Notes under the pieces: model-generated
What the model was told of the DNA's origin: nothing
Databases searched by the model: none
The model's input: the letters and a program-made list of their open reading frames with translations, nothing else
In this document: positions 1 to 33,635 of the stretch, one piece after another
Position numbering within the stretch: position 1 is the first letter of the stretch
Layout of the letters: every line of letters begins with the position of its first letter
DNA from: Amoebidium appalachense
Taxonomy: Eukaryota; Protista; Ichthyosporea
Direction: 5' to 3'
DNA length: 64,000 nucleotides
Assembly (NCBI GenBank): GCA_963693365.1
Contig: CAVNZM010000011.1
Span: 3,701,098-3,765,097, forward strand
Position numbers and translations under genes: made by a program

Positions 1-261
1 CCACGTTCCCTTTATGCTTTTGGCCTATTCCAGGGAAAACCATGCCATACATAAAGCCTACATAAACTTCACAAAACTCACAGTCGGACGTTGCCGTCTC
101 CTTGAAACTCTAACCCGACCACCTTCGTGCTACTCTTTCAAGTTGCTGCAGCAGTGAAGGGTGACAACTCGAGAAAGGCCTAGCTAACTTTGAAGTGTGA
201 ACCCGTGACTCTGTGAGCTCTCTGCTGCTGCCCCGGCCGAGTCGTCAAGGTGCACATCAAA

Positions 262-12382
<12,121 letters not shown>

Positions 12383-12957
12383 GTCCCATTTTAATCACGA
12401 GATATACGTGATGTAGACTTTTTGAAAAATTGTCCAAAAGCCAGAAAATTTCTTGTTTTGATATAGGCTTGATATTTATGTTTATTTATGTTTACTAATT
12501 TAAGTGTGTGCATATATGTACGGCAGTCTGAGACTATGTTGATGATTTCCCCCTCCTTTTACACCTGTTTATCAAAGTTTGAAGTTATGTGAAGACTAAG
12601 TGCTGATAACGTAAACATCATGAGTTGAATACTGTTGCATGTGATGTGATAGTTGATGCGGTATAAGGTTTGTTGTTAATGATCATGACTTAATTACAGA
12701 TAATGATAAAATGATACAGATAAGATGAAACACACCCTATGACGTGTCCTTTTCCAACCACCCACCGTTTGCCCAGGGTCAGTGTTTTGCACTGCGGCAA
12801 GCAAATACCGTGTAGTGCCTTGAATACATGCGAGAACGGACGTGTGTCCCTTCCCCCCCCCCCCCCCCCCCCCCTCCCCCCCCCTTCCCCTCCCCCCATC
12901 TCCCTTGTCCCCGTTCGCTTTCCACCCACCAAAAAACGCACACACAAATACGTGCAT

Positions 12958-12995
<38 letters not shown>

Positions 12996-13513
12996 ACCGT
13001 CAACAACCGACACCGAGTCATTATTATAGATACTAATCAGGTTTCTGCAATAATATGATTGGCCGGCTATGGTGCAATCTTTACTACTCTCAGAGTAATC
13101 ACTGTTAGAGCTCGAGTTCAAACCCCAACCAATCATATCCCAGGACCCTGCCTTATGCCGATCTATTCGAACATTCATGAGTGCACATTTATTATAAACA
13201 TGTACTACATGCATAGCCCTGAGCAGGCTGCACAGCCGAACACAATTCTTCTGGACGCCAGTGCATGTGCTGGGACTCGAGGAGCTAATAAATACGTTCC
13301 TGCATTTCCTGTCGCCTCTCACTACCATATATAGTCAATCACCTACCATATATGGTCATATATATACATGAATAACATGATAGCGGATGAGTGTGGTTGC
13401 CAGTCAGAATCGACTCTTGGCCGATAGATGCACATGTTTTGAGACTGTGCGCACACAAGTGTACATGTGTATGTGTGTGTGTTCGTGCGTGCCCACGCGT
13501 GTGTGTGTCTTAG

Positions 13514-13554
<41 letters not shown>

Positions 13555-14080
13555 CGTATGTGTGTGTATGTGTGTGCGTGAGTGTGCATGTGTGTGTGTG
13601 TGTGCCACCATCGTGCAAATGGTGAGTGCACATGCCCTGCTATAACCTGCCCTGGAATTTGCTGTCTGGTCAAAGATTCCGTTATGATCGGCCGAAGTGA
13701 ACAATCGTTACCCCCCCCCCCCCATCCCCGGCCCTTGCCAGGCCGCAACCTCAGGGCCACTTGCATGACCGTCAAGTTGGTCAACTCCCTCATATGTTGT
13801 ATTTAAAGCATTTATTCTACCTTGACGGTCCAGTCGTCAAGAGCAATACGTTCGGGTTGGGTGCGAGCAAATAATTATGGGTCCCTGTTCTAGCTGTTAC
13901 TCTGGATGTCATTCCGCAAAATATATATATATTTTTTAAAAATAATTCAACGAAACTGTCCATGGTGAAGACGTCTGTGGCATGGAGTCCTACTTCCCCC
14001 CAACCCACTTTCCACAAACAACAAACATACATAAACAACCCACACATTTATACTCTTAACGCCCTCATTCCATTGGACCA

Positions 14081-14305
14081 TTAATTCTTAGGCACATATC
14101 CAACCTCGATCATTTTGTTGACCATTTCCACGAGGCTCTCTTCGATTGGTCGGAACTTGATGCCTAGAACCTTCTCTGCACGTGTGTGGTCGTGCTTCAA
14201 CTCCTTGCCCCAATAGGGAAGGAGGCCGGCGATGGATGCGTCCACTAGGGAGATGAGATAGGCAAGGGGGTAGGGGATCACCATGGTGGGCAGCCTGTGT
14301 ACGTG

Positions 14306-14348
<43 letters not shown>

Positions 14349-15172
14349 TCATGTTTTTCAATAGGTGATACCTGTGAAGGGAAGTAAAAACGACTCACCA
14401 AACAAACCGAATGCTTGGATGCAAGAGCGCCAGTGTGCATGTGCGCACCTGTGTGCGTCTTATTGCGTGTGCACGTGTGTGCCGGTACATATCTATGGGC
14501 ATGCCTTTATCTTCTTGTTACCACGCGTCGAGAGCAGAAGCTGTGGCAGAGAAAAACAGGATGGGGCAGCTGTGTGCGCTTGTGCGAGTGTTTCTCTCTG
14601 TGTGTAAATGCCTGTATATGTGTATGTGCGTGCACGTGCGTGTACGTGTCTTCATACACCCAGTGTCCCTTTTTAACCCCACATGCACATACTTGTACCC
14701 CTTGGGCCCAAACTCCTTGTCCAATATTGCCGCCTCCTCCTTCATAAACGCACACCGTGCCGTCATCACATGCCGGTGGCCTGCAGCCTCCGGTGACGTC
14801 ATAGCAACAATGTGAGCCTGGGCCACGTCTCTGACGTCAACAAACCCGATGGATGCATTGGGCAGGGCAGGCATGCCCCCAGTCATCATCTGTTGGATTA
14901 GAGTGGCTGATGTGCCCTGCGTAAACATGTGGGTGGTGTGAGAAAAAAAAACAAAAAAGAAAAAAAAAATAGGCGGATTGGTTGCTTTTAGTTTCCATTT
15001 TCTTTTTTCGCAGTTGTTTTTTTTTCTTTCTTTTTTTCTTTTTTTTTTTTTTCCATTCTTTTCGCTGTTACTTTTTCCTCCCCACTCCCCCCCATTCTTT
15101 TGCCTTTTCTCTCTCTTTCCGTCAGTCTTTCTTCCGTCAGTCTTTCTTTCTTTCTTCTCTCTCTCTTTCTTC

Positions 15173-15211
<39 letters not shown>

Positions 15212-16001
15212 ATGTGTGGGGAGGGGAGGGGAGGGGAAGGAGAGGAGGAGGGGGGGGGGGGCTACACCAAGGGGTATCATATTCACGTCCACCAGCCACG
15301 TAACTGCACAGACATCCCCCCCCCCCCCCTCCCCCCACCCACCCACCCACCCATACACACACCAACCCACCCACCCACACCCTAAAAAATAAAAAAAAAA
15401 AAAAAAAAAAAAAAAGAAAGAAAGAAAGAAAAAGCAAGCAAGCAAGCAAGAAAGAAACCAAGAACGAGAACAAAAGTATGATAACATGCAGTGCAGGGAG
15501 CTCAAAAACACAGCCCCACATTCAGATATCCATACAAGCCTCAGGGCTCATCCAACAACATATACACATGCCCCACACCCACACCCACACCCATGCGCTC
15601 CCCAGAACATGAATCTACCCTCCCCTTCCCCCCCACACAGGCATCCACCCACCCACCCACCACCCATCCTCCCCATTCTCCCCCCCCCCTTCCTCCCCCT
15701 CCCCCCAACACACACACACCCACACGCACCCAGCCGCACACAAACACAACCAACCCACACACACACACACACACATACGTCCAACCGCACACACCCGCCC
15801 ACCCAGCCACACGCACACACCCACCACACGCACATCCCCACCCAAGCACCCCCTCCCCCCCAAACACCCACCCACGCCCGCACCCATACCCACCCATTCA
15901 CACCCACAACCCACACACCCACACACCCACTCACCTACCCACACAGCCACCCACCCACCCACACCCACCCACCAACACACACATACACACACACCCATCC
16001 A

Positions 16002-16043
<42 letters not shown>

Positions 16044-17034
16044 ACACCCACCCATGCCCGCACCCATACACACCCATTCACACCCATTCACACCCACACG
16101 GACACAAGCACACACCTGCACGTCGTTGATGGGGGGGGCCCACGACCAGGGACGGGTTGATGACGGCCAGCTCAAACTTGTGGTCTCCCGCCTTGAGGTC
16201 GCCCACAAAGTCCCACGCTGCGCGCTCGGCAAGCGTCTTGCTCTTGGTGTACGCATCCACCTTAAAGGTGAGGGTGTTAGTGTGTTGCGTTTGGTTTGTA
16301 GTTCCACTTTAAAGGTGCCCAGTGTTACTATACATGTATTGCTATTGGTGAATACTATTGGTGTAACACTATTGGTGCAATGCTAATGGTGTATGCATCC
16401 ACCTTAAGGGCGACAGTGTTAATGTACTACTATTGGTGCATGGATCCACCTTTAAGTTGACGATCTTAGTGTATTGCGACTGGTATATTGCTATTGGTGT
16501 ATGAATCCAGCTTAAAGGTGACAGTGTTAGTGTACTGCTATTGATGTAGTGCTATTGATAAACACAATTGCTAACATTAAAATGCTATTGATGTACATAT
16601 ATACCTTATAGGCAAGAATGCTATTGGTGTACACATCCACCTTAACCATGGCAGTGTAAGTTAGTGTATTGCTCGTGATGTACACATCCGCATTAAAGGT
16701 GACAGTGTGAGCTGGATGTATCGATATTGGTGTACGCATCCAATTTAAAGATGAATATAAGGGCAAACATCTTGCTCTTGGTGTACACATCCACCTTTAA
16801 GCTTACAGTGTGAGTATGTGGAGTCTTACTGTGGATAATGACATGCATATCTAACGGCAGGTGTGGGTTATCTTAAAGATACCACCAATATGCAAATCAA
16901 AGGGCCCCTCTTAACCATATATGGTTACCTTGGTCGGATCCGTCCAATCATCTTCGTTGAACACTTTGGTGTCCAGCACGGCTCCATCGTAGCCGTAGCA
17001 GACACTCGCCATGCTGCTGGTGAGAACCACGCGT

Positions 17035-17088
<54 letters not shown>

Positions 17089-17609
17089 TGTTTGTGTGTG
17101 AGCTCGTGTGTGCGTCTTCAACACAAAAATCACATGGAGGGAGTTGGCGGGGAGAGGGGGGCGGGGGGGTGATGTATGCGTTAGAGGGTTGGAAATATGG
17201 AGGAGACAACAAAGAGCAACAACAAAGCGTCACAAAGGTGGGAAATCCAAAATCAAACAATTTAAGCGTGCAGGCAGAAGACACTTGAACAGAGCCCATC
17301 ATCAGGGGGGTTCCTATGCCTCCACCAAAAGCATGGGTTTCGACTCTTTAACCTCTCGCGCGCGGTTCCCAACCCATACTTTGTTTCAACAGTTCAACAG
17401 CAATAGGCGAGTCCACCCGTCTTGGCCAAAGACGAGCAGGGTTGTTCAAGGAGCAGCAATCTAAGAACGAGCAGCAATCTAAGAACGCAGAGTCTACAAA
17501 ATCTGCAAGCAGACAAAAAAACAAAGAAATCAAGCAGAGAGATAGAGCATAAGCCGGGCTTCTACAAAGCTCCCCGACTCCCTAACCTATAGAGAAGGGG
17601 AGGGAGGGG

Positions 17610-17640
<31 letters not shown>

Positions 17641-20498
17641 AGAGAGGGAGGGGGAGGGGGAGAGAGAGGGGGAAGGGGGGCGGGGGGAGGGGGAAGAGGG
17701 GGGGGGGGGGGGGGGGGAGGGGGGACATGGAGACAGGATGAAAGTGTATATGTTAGTAATGTGCATAAGTGTGAAAAAAAACATAATGTGACAAAAGCAA
17801 GAACTTTAATACACAAACCGAACAACTGCACATGGACGAGGCCTTGTTCTTTGTTCTTTGTGTATGTGTGTGTGTGCGTGTGTGTAAGAGGGGGGGGGGG
17901 AGAGGGGGGAGGGGGGGTATTACATGTGTGCCAGCGTGTGTATCGTGCGTGAGTATACATGCAAGTGATGGGGAGTTGGAACCACCTACGTGGGTGTACG
18001 TGTGTGTGTGTGTATGTCTATGTGCGTGGGTGTACGTGTGTGTGTGTATGTCTATGTGAGTGGGTGTACGTGTGTGTGTGTATGTCTATGTGCGTGGGTG
18101 TACGTGTGTGTGTGTATGTCTATGTGCGTGGGTGTACGTGTGTGTGTGTATGTCTATGTGCGTGGTGTACGTGTGTGTGTGTATGTCTATGTGCGTGGGT
18201 GTACGTGTGTGTGTGTATGTCTATGTGCGTGGGTGTACGTGTGTGTGTGTATGTCTATGTGCGTGGTGTACGTGTGTGTGTGTATGTCTATGTGCGTGGG
18301 TGTACGTGTGTGTGTGTATGTCTATGTGCGTGGGTGTACGTGTGTGTGTGTATGTCTATGTGCGTGGGTGTACGTGTGTGTGTGTATGTCTATGTGCGTG
18401 CACGTGTACACATGTGTGTGGATGTGTATGTGCATCCGGGTTACTTTAGTATCGACACGTGCCACGACACCCGTTTGGTAGTGGGGAGTAGTGAACGAAG
18501 ATTGGAGAGATGGGGGGCCCATCTCGGGGGATGGAAAGGGGGGGGGGGGGGGGGAGAGGGAGGGAGGGAGGGAGGGGAGGGGGGGGGGGGGGTGATGTAT
18601 GCGTTAGAGGGTTGGAAATATGGAGGAGACAACAAAGAGCAACAACAAAGCGTCACAAAAGTGGGAAACCCGAAATCAAACAATTTAAGCGTGCAGGCAG
18701 AAGACACTTGAACAGAGCCCATCATCAGGGGGGTTCCTATGCCTCCACAAAAGCATGGGTTTCGACTCTTTAACCTCTCGCGCCTGGTTCCCAACCCATG
18801 GGGGAGGGAGGGGGGTTTTGAATGCGGAACACGGTACAAAGTACGCATACACGACGAGAAGCATGGTGCAGGACACATGCAAAGGCAAACATTCAAGTAT
18901 GCAACATCAGCCATGTGCACAGTATGCGTCATAAGCAGAGCCCATCCTCAGGGAGGACCCAAGTCATCAATTGCGTCTGAGTTTCGACCCCTTAGCCCGC
19001 GTATATAGGGGGCTTAGAGTGGGAAAGTTCCGGGGGGGGGGGGGAGGGGGGGGGGAGAGGTGCCATTATGACGAAGCAGAGTAGACCATGACCGCTACCA
19101 ATTAAAGTAAAGTCCTTACTACAGACATTGCCATATCAAGAAATACCGAAATAGTCGTCACCCTATTATGTCTTACCTTAATATCATATATTAGTGTGGA
19201 TCCTAGTGTTCTTCCAACACACCCACAAGGCCAAATAACTCCCAAATAACTCTGGTAGAAGAACTACCAATGTATCCTCCCTCTCCCGCCCCCCCCTCCC
19301 CCCTTTCCCGTTCATCTCCAGCCTGCCCACTCCCACAAACCAACATCCGCTCCCCTCCCTCCCTCCATGTCTCGGCACTTCCTGCAATAACTCCCCCCCC
19401 CCCCCCCCCCCCCCCTTGATCCCCATCCCTCCTAATCACTTTCCCTGACTTTTTTGACAATAAATGCCGCCCCTCTGCCCTTCTTTCGCAAGCAAAGACT
19501 TCACACCCGTACACAAACGGAAAGTCGCAACTTATATATACAGAGTACACCTTTACGATGGTGTTCTTCTCTCTCATCCCCCATCCCCCATCCCTCCCCT
19601 CCCCCGGGGGGACTTATTTACGCAAAAAGACAACGTCAAAATGGCCATAGAACTTCAATGGAAGTGTGTGTGAAATGGTGCTAATAGTTCGAAAACGGCT
19701 CTGATAGAAGACATGACATACCCTGCTGGTGTGATGGAAAACTTTCACCCGACACAACCATACCTCCCCCCCCCCCCCCCCCCCTCCTCCCCCAACACCC
19801 ACACCCACCATCACCATCACTCACACCCATCCCCCTCTCCCCCCCACTCCGCCCAGTCCCCCCCCTTTCCCCTTCCACCCCCCAACCAAACAGGCGCCAG
19901 GGAGTGGAGGGGGGGGAGAGGGAAGAAGAGGGGCGGAAAGGAAAAAAAGACAAGTTCACTCACCGTAGAGTTTGGCAGGGCACATGCTTTAAGCACATTT
20001 AAAGTGCCCTCGACGGCCGGCTTCACTACCTTATCCTCCTCCTTCTTTGAGACCAACACAAAGGGGCTGGCCGTGTGCATCACGTACGTGGCACCTTCAA
20101 TGGCCTTTTCCCACCCAGAAGGTTCGAGAAGGTCTGCCACCACCAGGTCGAGTTCTAGGCCGGTTTGCTCGGCAACTGCACGCAGTGGTGCCACCTGTAA
20201 GCAGGGGAGATGGGGAGGGGGTGTTTGTGTGGGTGTTTGTGTGTGTGTTTGAGACAAGGGGGGGGGGGGGGGGGGGGACGGAGAGAGACAGATAGCAAGG
20301 ATGTGGGGAGGGGGAGGGCAGGCGGGGGGAGGAGGGGGGTTGAGTTGGGAGGTGGTAGGTCGGGAGGTGAAGGGGTGCCGGGTAAGGGGTGGGTGTCTGT
20401 GTGTATGTGTTGGGGGTTGGGGGAGGGGGGGGGGGAGGGGGGAAGGGAAAGAGATATGTGGTTGGCATTTGGGGGTGGCAGAACAGGAAATGCAACTT

Positions 20499-20549
<51 letters not shown>

Positions 20550-20599
20550 TCCGGCATACACACAATTGGGCGGCAGGTAGGCCGGGGGAGGAGAGGGAG

Positions 20600-20634
<35 letters not shown>

Positions 20635-21140
20635 ACGCATGAGGCCATGGGAAGTACTGAGGGGACGACAAAAAGAACAAAATCAAGAAATCAGGTTTCA
20701 CACGAGAATTAACTTACACAGTGAATACAAGAGACAGTACGGAGCCCAAAGGCAGCTCTCATTAGGAATCGTTCCCTTGCCTTCACACAACCATGTCTTT
20801 TGAATCCTCAGCTTCTAATTATCACGCGACATTCTCAACCCACACAGGAAGGGGAATGGGGAGCAGCAGGCCAAGAATAGGGAAAGCAGAAGCCGACAGA
20901 AGAGTCGGAGAGAGGAAGCTACCGGGAGCTTTAGAGTGAGCAGCAAGGAAGCGGGGGGCCTGGGGGGTGGGGGGTGGGGGGTGGGGCGGTGGAGGAGTAT
21001 AAAGGAAAGGTGATGGGGGTGAGAGGGATTAAGTGGAAAGAATTGGAAAAAAAAGAAATCATTATGGAAAATTGGATGAGAAGGGGAAGAAGAAAAGTGC
21101 AGGTGCTTGGTGAGGAGAGGCGCATATACACACAGGGCAC

Positions 21141-21201
<61 letters not shown>

Positions 21202-21358
21202 CACACACACAACTCACCCTCTTCTCATTTTCAGGGCCCAGGCTGCGCACGGTGCCACGCACACGGTACAGGTTGGACTGCAAAAGCTGCTGCACTATGT
21301 GGCACGCAATATAGCCGCTGGCCCCGGTCACAACTACGAGAGGTTTGGTAGACGCCAT
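14081..21358 (-). CDS. NAD(P)-dependent epimerase/dehydratase (extended SDR; dihydroflavonol-4-reductase/aldehyde reductase-like), copy A, 6 exons
   Basis: Exons 21358-21218, 20194-19964, 17039-16929, 16260-16116, 14916-14693 and 14294-14081, all GT-AG. Motifs: TGASGYIA (Rossmann), [27 protein letters not shown], catalytic [24 protein letters not shown]. One extra base in the G run of exon 4. Confidence 0.93.
16246..16810 (-). repeat. Degenerate tandem array (about 10 copies, ~45-60 bp) of the branch-point/3' splice site/exon-start junction in intron 3 of SDR copy A
   Basis: Plus-strand motif GGTGTACGCATCCACCTTAAAGGTGACAGTGTTAGTG, which on the sense strand reads CACTAAC..TTTAAG|GTGGATGCGTACACC. 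Copies at ~16246 (functional), 16293, 16388, 16435, 16496, 16590, 16626, 16677, 16729 and 16780. Confidence 0.85.
17163..18990 (-). repeat. Three copies of a ~200-bp dispersed intronic repeat: near-identical pair 17163-17377 and 18586-18799, plus a diverged copy ~18800-18990
   Basis: Direct comparison of the copies. Core CAGAGCCCATC(A/C)TCAGGG..G(A/G)GTTTCGAC at 17290, 18713 and 18936. A homologous copy lies at ~57708-57910. Confidence 0.85.
17989..18400. repeat. About 34-bp minisatellite (~12 copies) derived from a TG microsatellite
   Basis: Unit GTGCGTGGGTGTACGTGTGTGTGTGTATGTCTAT repeated head to tail. Confidence 0.9.
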
Positions 21359-22139
21359 TTTCCCACTTTTTCTTTCAACCTTTTCTTTGTCTGAAGTTCG
21401 TTTTATGCGCCAAAACAGCCCGTTTTATATGACTGAGTTTTTTTTCACGTGTTAGGTCATTAGATCTCTGCTGTCGTATTAGCCAATAGTTGAGGCGTAA
21501 GGGTGAATATATGCAACCAATCGGGTGGGCTTGCTACACTTTTTTATTATGGTAAGCAAAAGCGGCTAAGCGCCAATCAGCATGAAGCTACCCCTGGGAA
21601 TGTGCATAATTGTCATTGAACTTGTCAACGTATGATACTGAACGTAAACAAAACCCACAGATCTACGACTCCACAATTTTCAGTGCCAAGAGTCTACAAA
21701 GAGGTATCATATCTCGCTATAAACCAGTATAAATTTCAATACGCTTGTATAAAAAATGAGTGCAGTCGTATTATTTACTATGAGTATTCGTACTTTTGAT
21801 TCCAGCCACTTAGTGTTCCGAAAAGGGACCAGCTTGGCGAACGCCCCGTGAATAAAAAGCAAACTAGCATATGATTGGTTCGGAACGCATCTATAGCCAT
21901 ATATGGTAACGAGCATGATGTTGCAATGAAATGATTGGGTACTGCTTTGGCCCAACGCAGCTATATAAATGCAGAGGGCCGGCCACTTTCACAACAACCC
22001 CCGCATCAACAAGAGCAACGGAGGTAGTACCTGCGCCATTTTCGTGCGATTCTTATTAAGAGTTTGCAATTGCATCCGTGAACGGTATACATAAAACCCA
22101 CTCAGTTTCAGTAACTTCCATATTTGAACAGCAGTGAAA
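21359..22139. promoter_or_regulatory. Probable bidirectional promoter between the divergent SDR paralogs
   Basis: 781 bp between two divergent ATGs, free of microsatellites. CCAAT/ATTGG boxes at ~21483, 21516, 21572, 21874 and 21934; TATA-like TTTTATAT (~21423) and CTATATAAAT (21961). Confidence 0.55.
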
Positions 22140-28008
<5,869 letters not shown>

Positions 28009-29043
28009 TCGTCCAATGGCGCGGTAGCTTTAAACTGTTTTTAAGTCTTATTGCATCACTTATGTACATTGTTAGTGAAAGAAACCTTTTTTGGGGGGGA
28101 GCCCCGGAATTTAACAAATTATGGCTGAACCCGTGCATATATCAAACTCTCTAAAATTTTATTTTATTTTTTAACAGCAGCTGGGTTGTTGTTTGGGGGG
28201 GGCGGAGGGGGGAGGAGGGGAGGGGGGGGGGGATGTGCAATGCGTGTATACAATGGTGAAACCTTATGCTAGAGGGAACTGAGTCCCACCTATAAGACAT
28301 TTTTCACATGCCAATAGCATATCTTGCGGTACTCCACTATGAGTTTTTTGGTTACTGTGAGACTATAGCTCCACCCTTCCCCTTCTCACACAGTTCATAC
28401 TAGTTTTAACCCCTTTACCCCTTTTGAAGATGTGTCCTGATCATGCCGACACTGCATGGTCTTTTGTATAGAGTAGCTCGAACAGCAAATAAAGATCCAC
28501 AAAAATTCTAAGTCAACGCTCATTTTTGCACCTAGAGGTCACCTGTGGAATGGCCTCCTCTCTGCCTTCCCTCCCCCCTGGCCCCTCCCCCCCCTCTCCC
28601 CCCCCCCCCCCCCCCCCCCATCCCCACCACCACCACCACCACCGAGGCTCCTCCTCCTCCCCACCCCCCCTCCCCTCAGCCCGCCCCCCCCCCCTCAGCC
28701 CCCCTTTCCCCTGGGCGCAAAAAGAAAAAAACAAAAAAAAAAAACACACACACACGAATGCACGCATCCGCTCTCCGTGAACCACACATATCCTCCTCCC
28801 CCCCCCCCCCCTCCCCCCCTCCGCTCCCCCCACCCCACCCCATTGGCATTTTCAGGCATCTGGTATACACACACGTAACAAACGCACACACCACGCCACT
28901 GCGTCCTGCAGGCGAGCAAAGTGTCACACATATTTTTACACAGGCGCGCCCACACACACACACACACACACGGGCACGTACACGCACACACACACGCACA
29001 CACACACGCGCACGCGCACGCGCACACACACACACTAGGACAT

Positions 29044-29090
<47 letters not shown>

Positions 29091-29114
29091 CACCCGCACA
29101 ACCACGCACACACC

Positions 29115-29176
<62 letters not shown>

Positions 29177-29976
29177 CAAACACACACCGGTCTCTCTCTC
29201 TCTCTCTCACAGCCTACACAGTAAGCGAATTTCAGTGTACCGTGTGTTGTAGTGATATCTTTTTGTGTTCGTGTATGTGTATCATACTTGTGTCAAGCAA
29301 GGTGCCGGCCATGGCACGCCTGAGGAAGTGAACACTTAGTCTTTAGAAGGCCTCATGATCAGGTTTGCGTTTAGATCCAACTGATGCATGGGTTGGGCGT
29401 GGCACAACATGTACAGCACACGGTATGTATGCATAACAATGGTTTTCTGAAGATTAAATTAATATTGACCTGAAAAGTAAGTTTATTCTTATTACTTTCC
29501 CCCTAATTAGAGTTGCGTTCAAAACGATCGGTCTGAGAATGCACCTCGTGCTCTGATTGGTGTGTGATTGCATGTCATGGTTTGAACGTTTTCAAACGGA
29601 CCTGTCACGAAGGGTGCAGTACTCTGTCAGTTCGTATCTTTTGCTGTGTGTGTTAAATTTGGTTTCTGTGTGACTACATCGTGCACATAAAAAAAACGGC
29701 TGCCGCGCTTCTGTTACTCAACAAAAACCTGACGGAACAGCCCTTCGTTGTAGTTTTTTTCTTGCTTTTCCAAGTTTCAAATGTAGTAGTAGACCGGTGG
29801 GCATAGTTGTTATCGGCCGTTCAGCCTCTGCGCTTGGGGGGTTGTCCTCTTGCTTGAAGGCTATACACACACCAGCACACACACACGCCCACACAGACGC
29901 ACGAGCACGCACCTCCCCCCCTCCCTCCCTCTCCCAAACACACATACGTATACACACACACCGGCACACACACGTA

Positions 29977-30079
<103 letters not shown>

Positions 30080-30220
30080 CAACGTCGTTTAGGAGTCTGT
30101 TTGCACACACACACAAACCCATAAACTAGAGCTTTGCTTCGATGATCTAAGGTCACGAAAATTACTAGGCTTTGAAAAACAGCTCCCATTCAATTATTTA
30201 TCGCAAAAATACCATATACC

Positions 30221-32391
<2,171 letters not shown>

Positions 32392-32759
32392 TACTACCGA
32401 AAATGTAATTGATACTAAAAATGGAAACTTTAGTAAAGATGGATTTATCGAGGCAACCGTGATGTGAGCACATGGCTGCTTTACCAGATACTGCCAGAGA
32501 TCAACTGCGGAGTCAGATACGGAGACACCGTGATATGACCATTTATAGTCAAGCCCAGTGTTGTAAATAGTTAGCAAGCGGCGTTATAATTTTTCACTCC
32601 CCCCCCCCCCCCCCCCCCCCCCTCCCCTTTGGCTCTCTCTTGCCTTTCCTCTCCTCCTCGTCTTTCTTCGCCCTTCTTTCATATTCTCCCTCTCGCTAGT
32701 TTTTCCCTTTCAGGCTCTGACCCGCGTGAGACTCCGAGGCTCTGCCGTTCTCTCTAAAT

Positions 32760-32796
<37 letters not shown>

Positions 32797-33531
32797 ATCC
32801 CCCCCGCCGCCACCCATCTCTTTCTTCCACACCCTCTCTCGCCTCCCTCGGCTCCCCCCCCCTCCTCTTCCCCTCCTCTCCCTCTTACTCCGAGACTCTC
32901 CCTCCCCTCCCCCTTTCTACTCGGGCTCACACATCCCTCTCTCTCTGACTCTCTCTCTCTCTCTCTCCGCCTCTCTCTTTGCCCCCCTCCCCCCCCCCCC
33001 CCTCCCCCTCTCTCTTCCCCCTCCCGCCCCCCCTTTATTGACGGACTAACTGAATTCCCCCCCCCCCCCCCCCCTGCCCCCTCAAAGAGGCGGTTAAAAA
33101 AAGACCGTGGCTGTCAACAAAATTTGTAACTTGAAATAAGATACGCACCGCAACCCGTTTATTTTATTTTTATTTTTTTTGGGAGTGGAGGGGGGGGGGG
33201 GGGGGGGGGAGGGGTCTTCTTGGTGGACGGCATCAATATGTGTACAAGAGAACGATCCAATCATTCACATGTGCACTGTGTCTAAGACTCGGTGCCGAAC
33301 CACCTCTCGACTGTTCAATGTTTATTTGCGATTATATCAGGAGATTCCTACTTCTGTACTGTACATTTCTACAGTCAGTAGAGTCACATAACATCATATT
33401 ATTGTGACCCTGCCACCAAAATTCGAACGACTTCAGTACTGAAGGTTAAGGTCTTTATGTACACTGCACTAGATCATAAGAAAGAACACGCTACAATAAG
33501 TGCCAATTGTGGTTTTTTTTACGTCCTCCCC

Positions 33532-33568
<37 letters not shown>

Positions 33569-33635
33569 CCTCCGGCCTTCCTTTCCTATTTTTTTGTATT
33601 AAGCGTTCAGTTGTCGCACTCTAAGCGTCCGTCTA

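Noticed and set aside
13053-13138. tRNA/SINE-like stretch (10-bp terminal inverted repeat ATATGATTGG/CCAATCATAT, GAGTTCAAACC, central TCA hairpin)
   Set aside because: The T-stem and D-arm do not pair and it does not fit tRNA-Sec. At most a decayed tRNA-derived relic; tRNAscan-SE or Infernal would decide.
16246-16810. CRISPR-like repeat/spacer appearance
   Set aside because: The repeats are degenerate, the intervening segments are related to each other, the unit matches a splice junction, the context is a eukaryotic intron and there are no cas genes.
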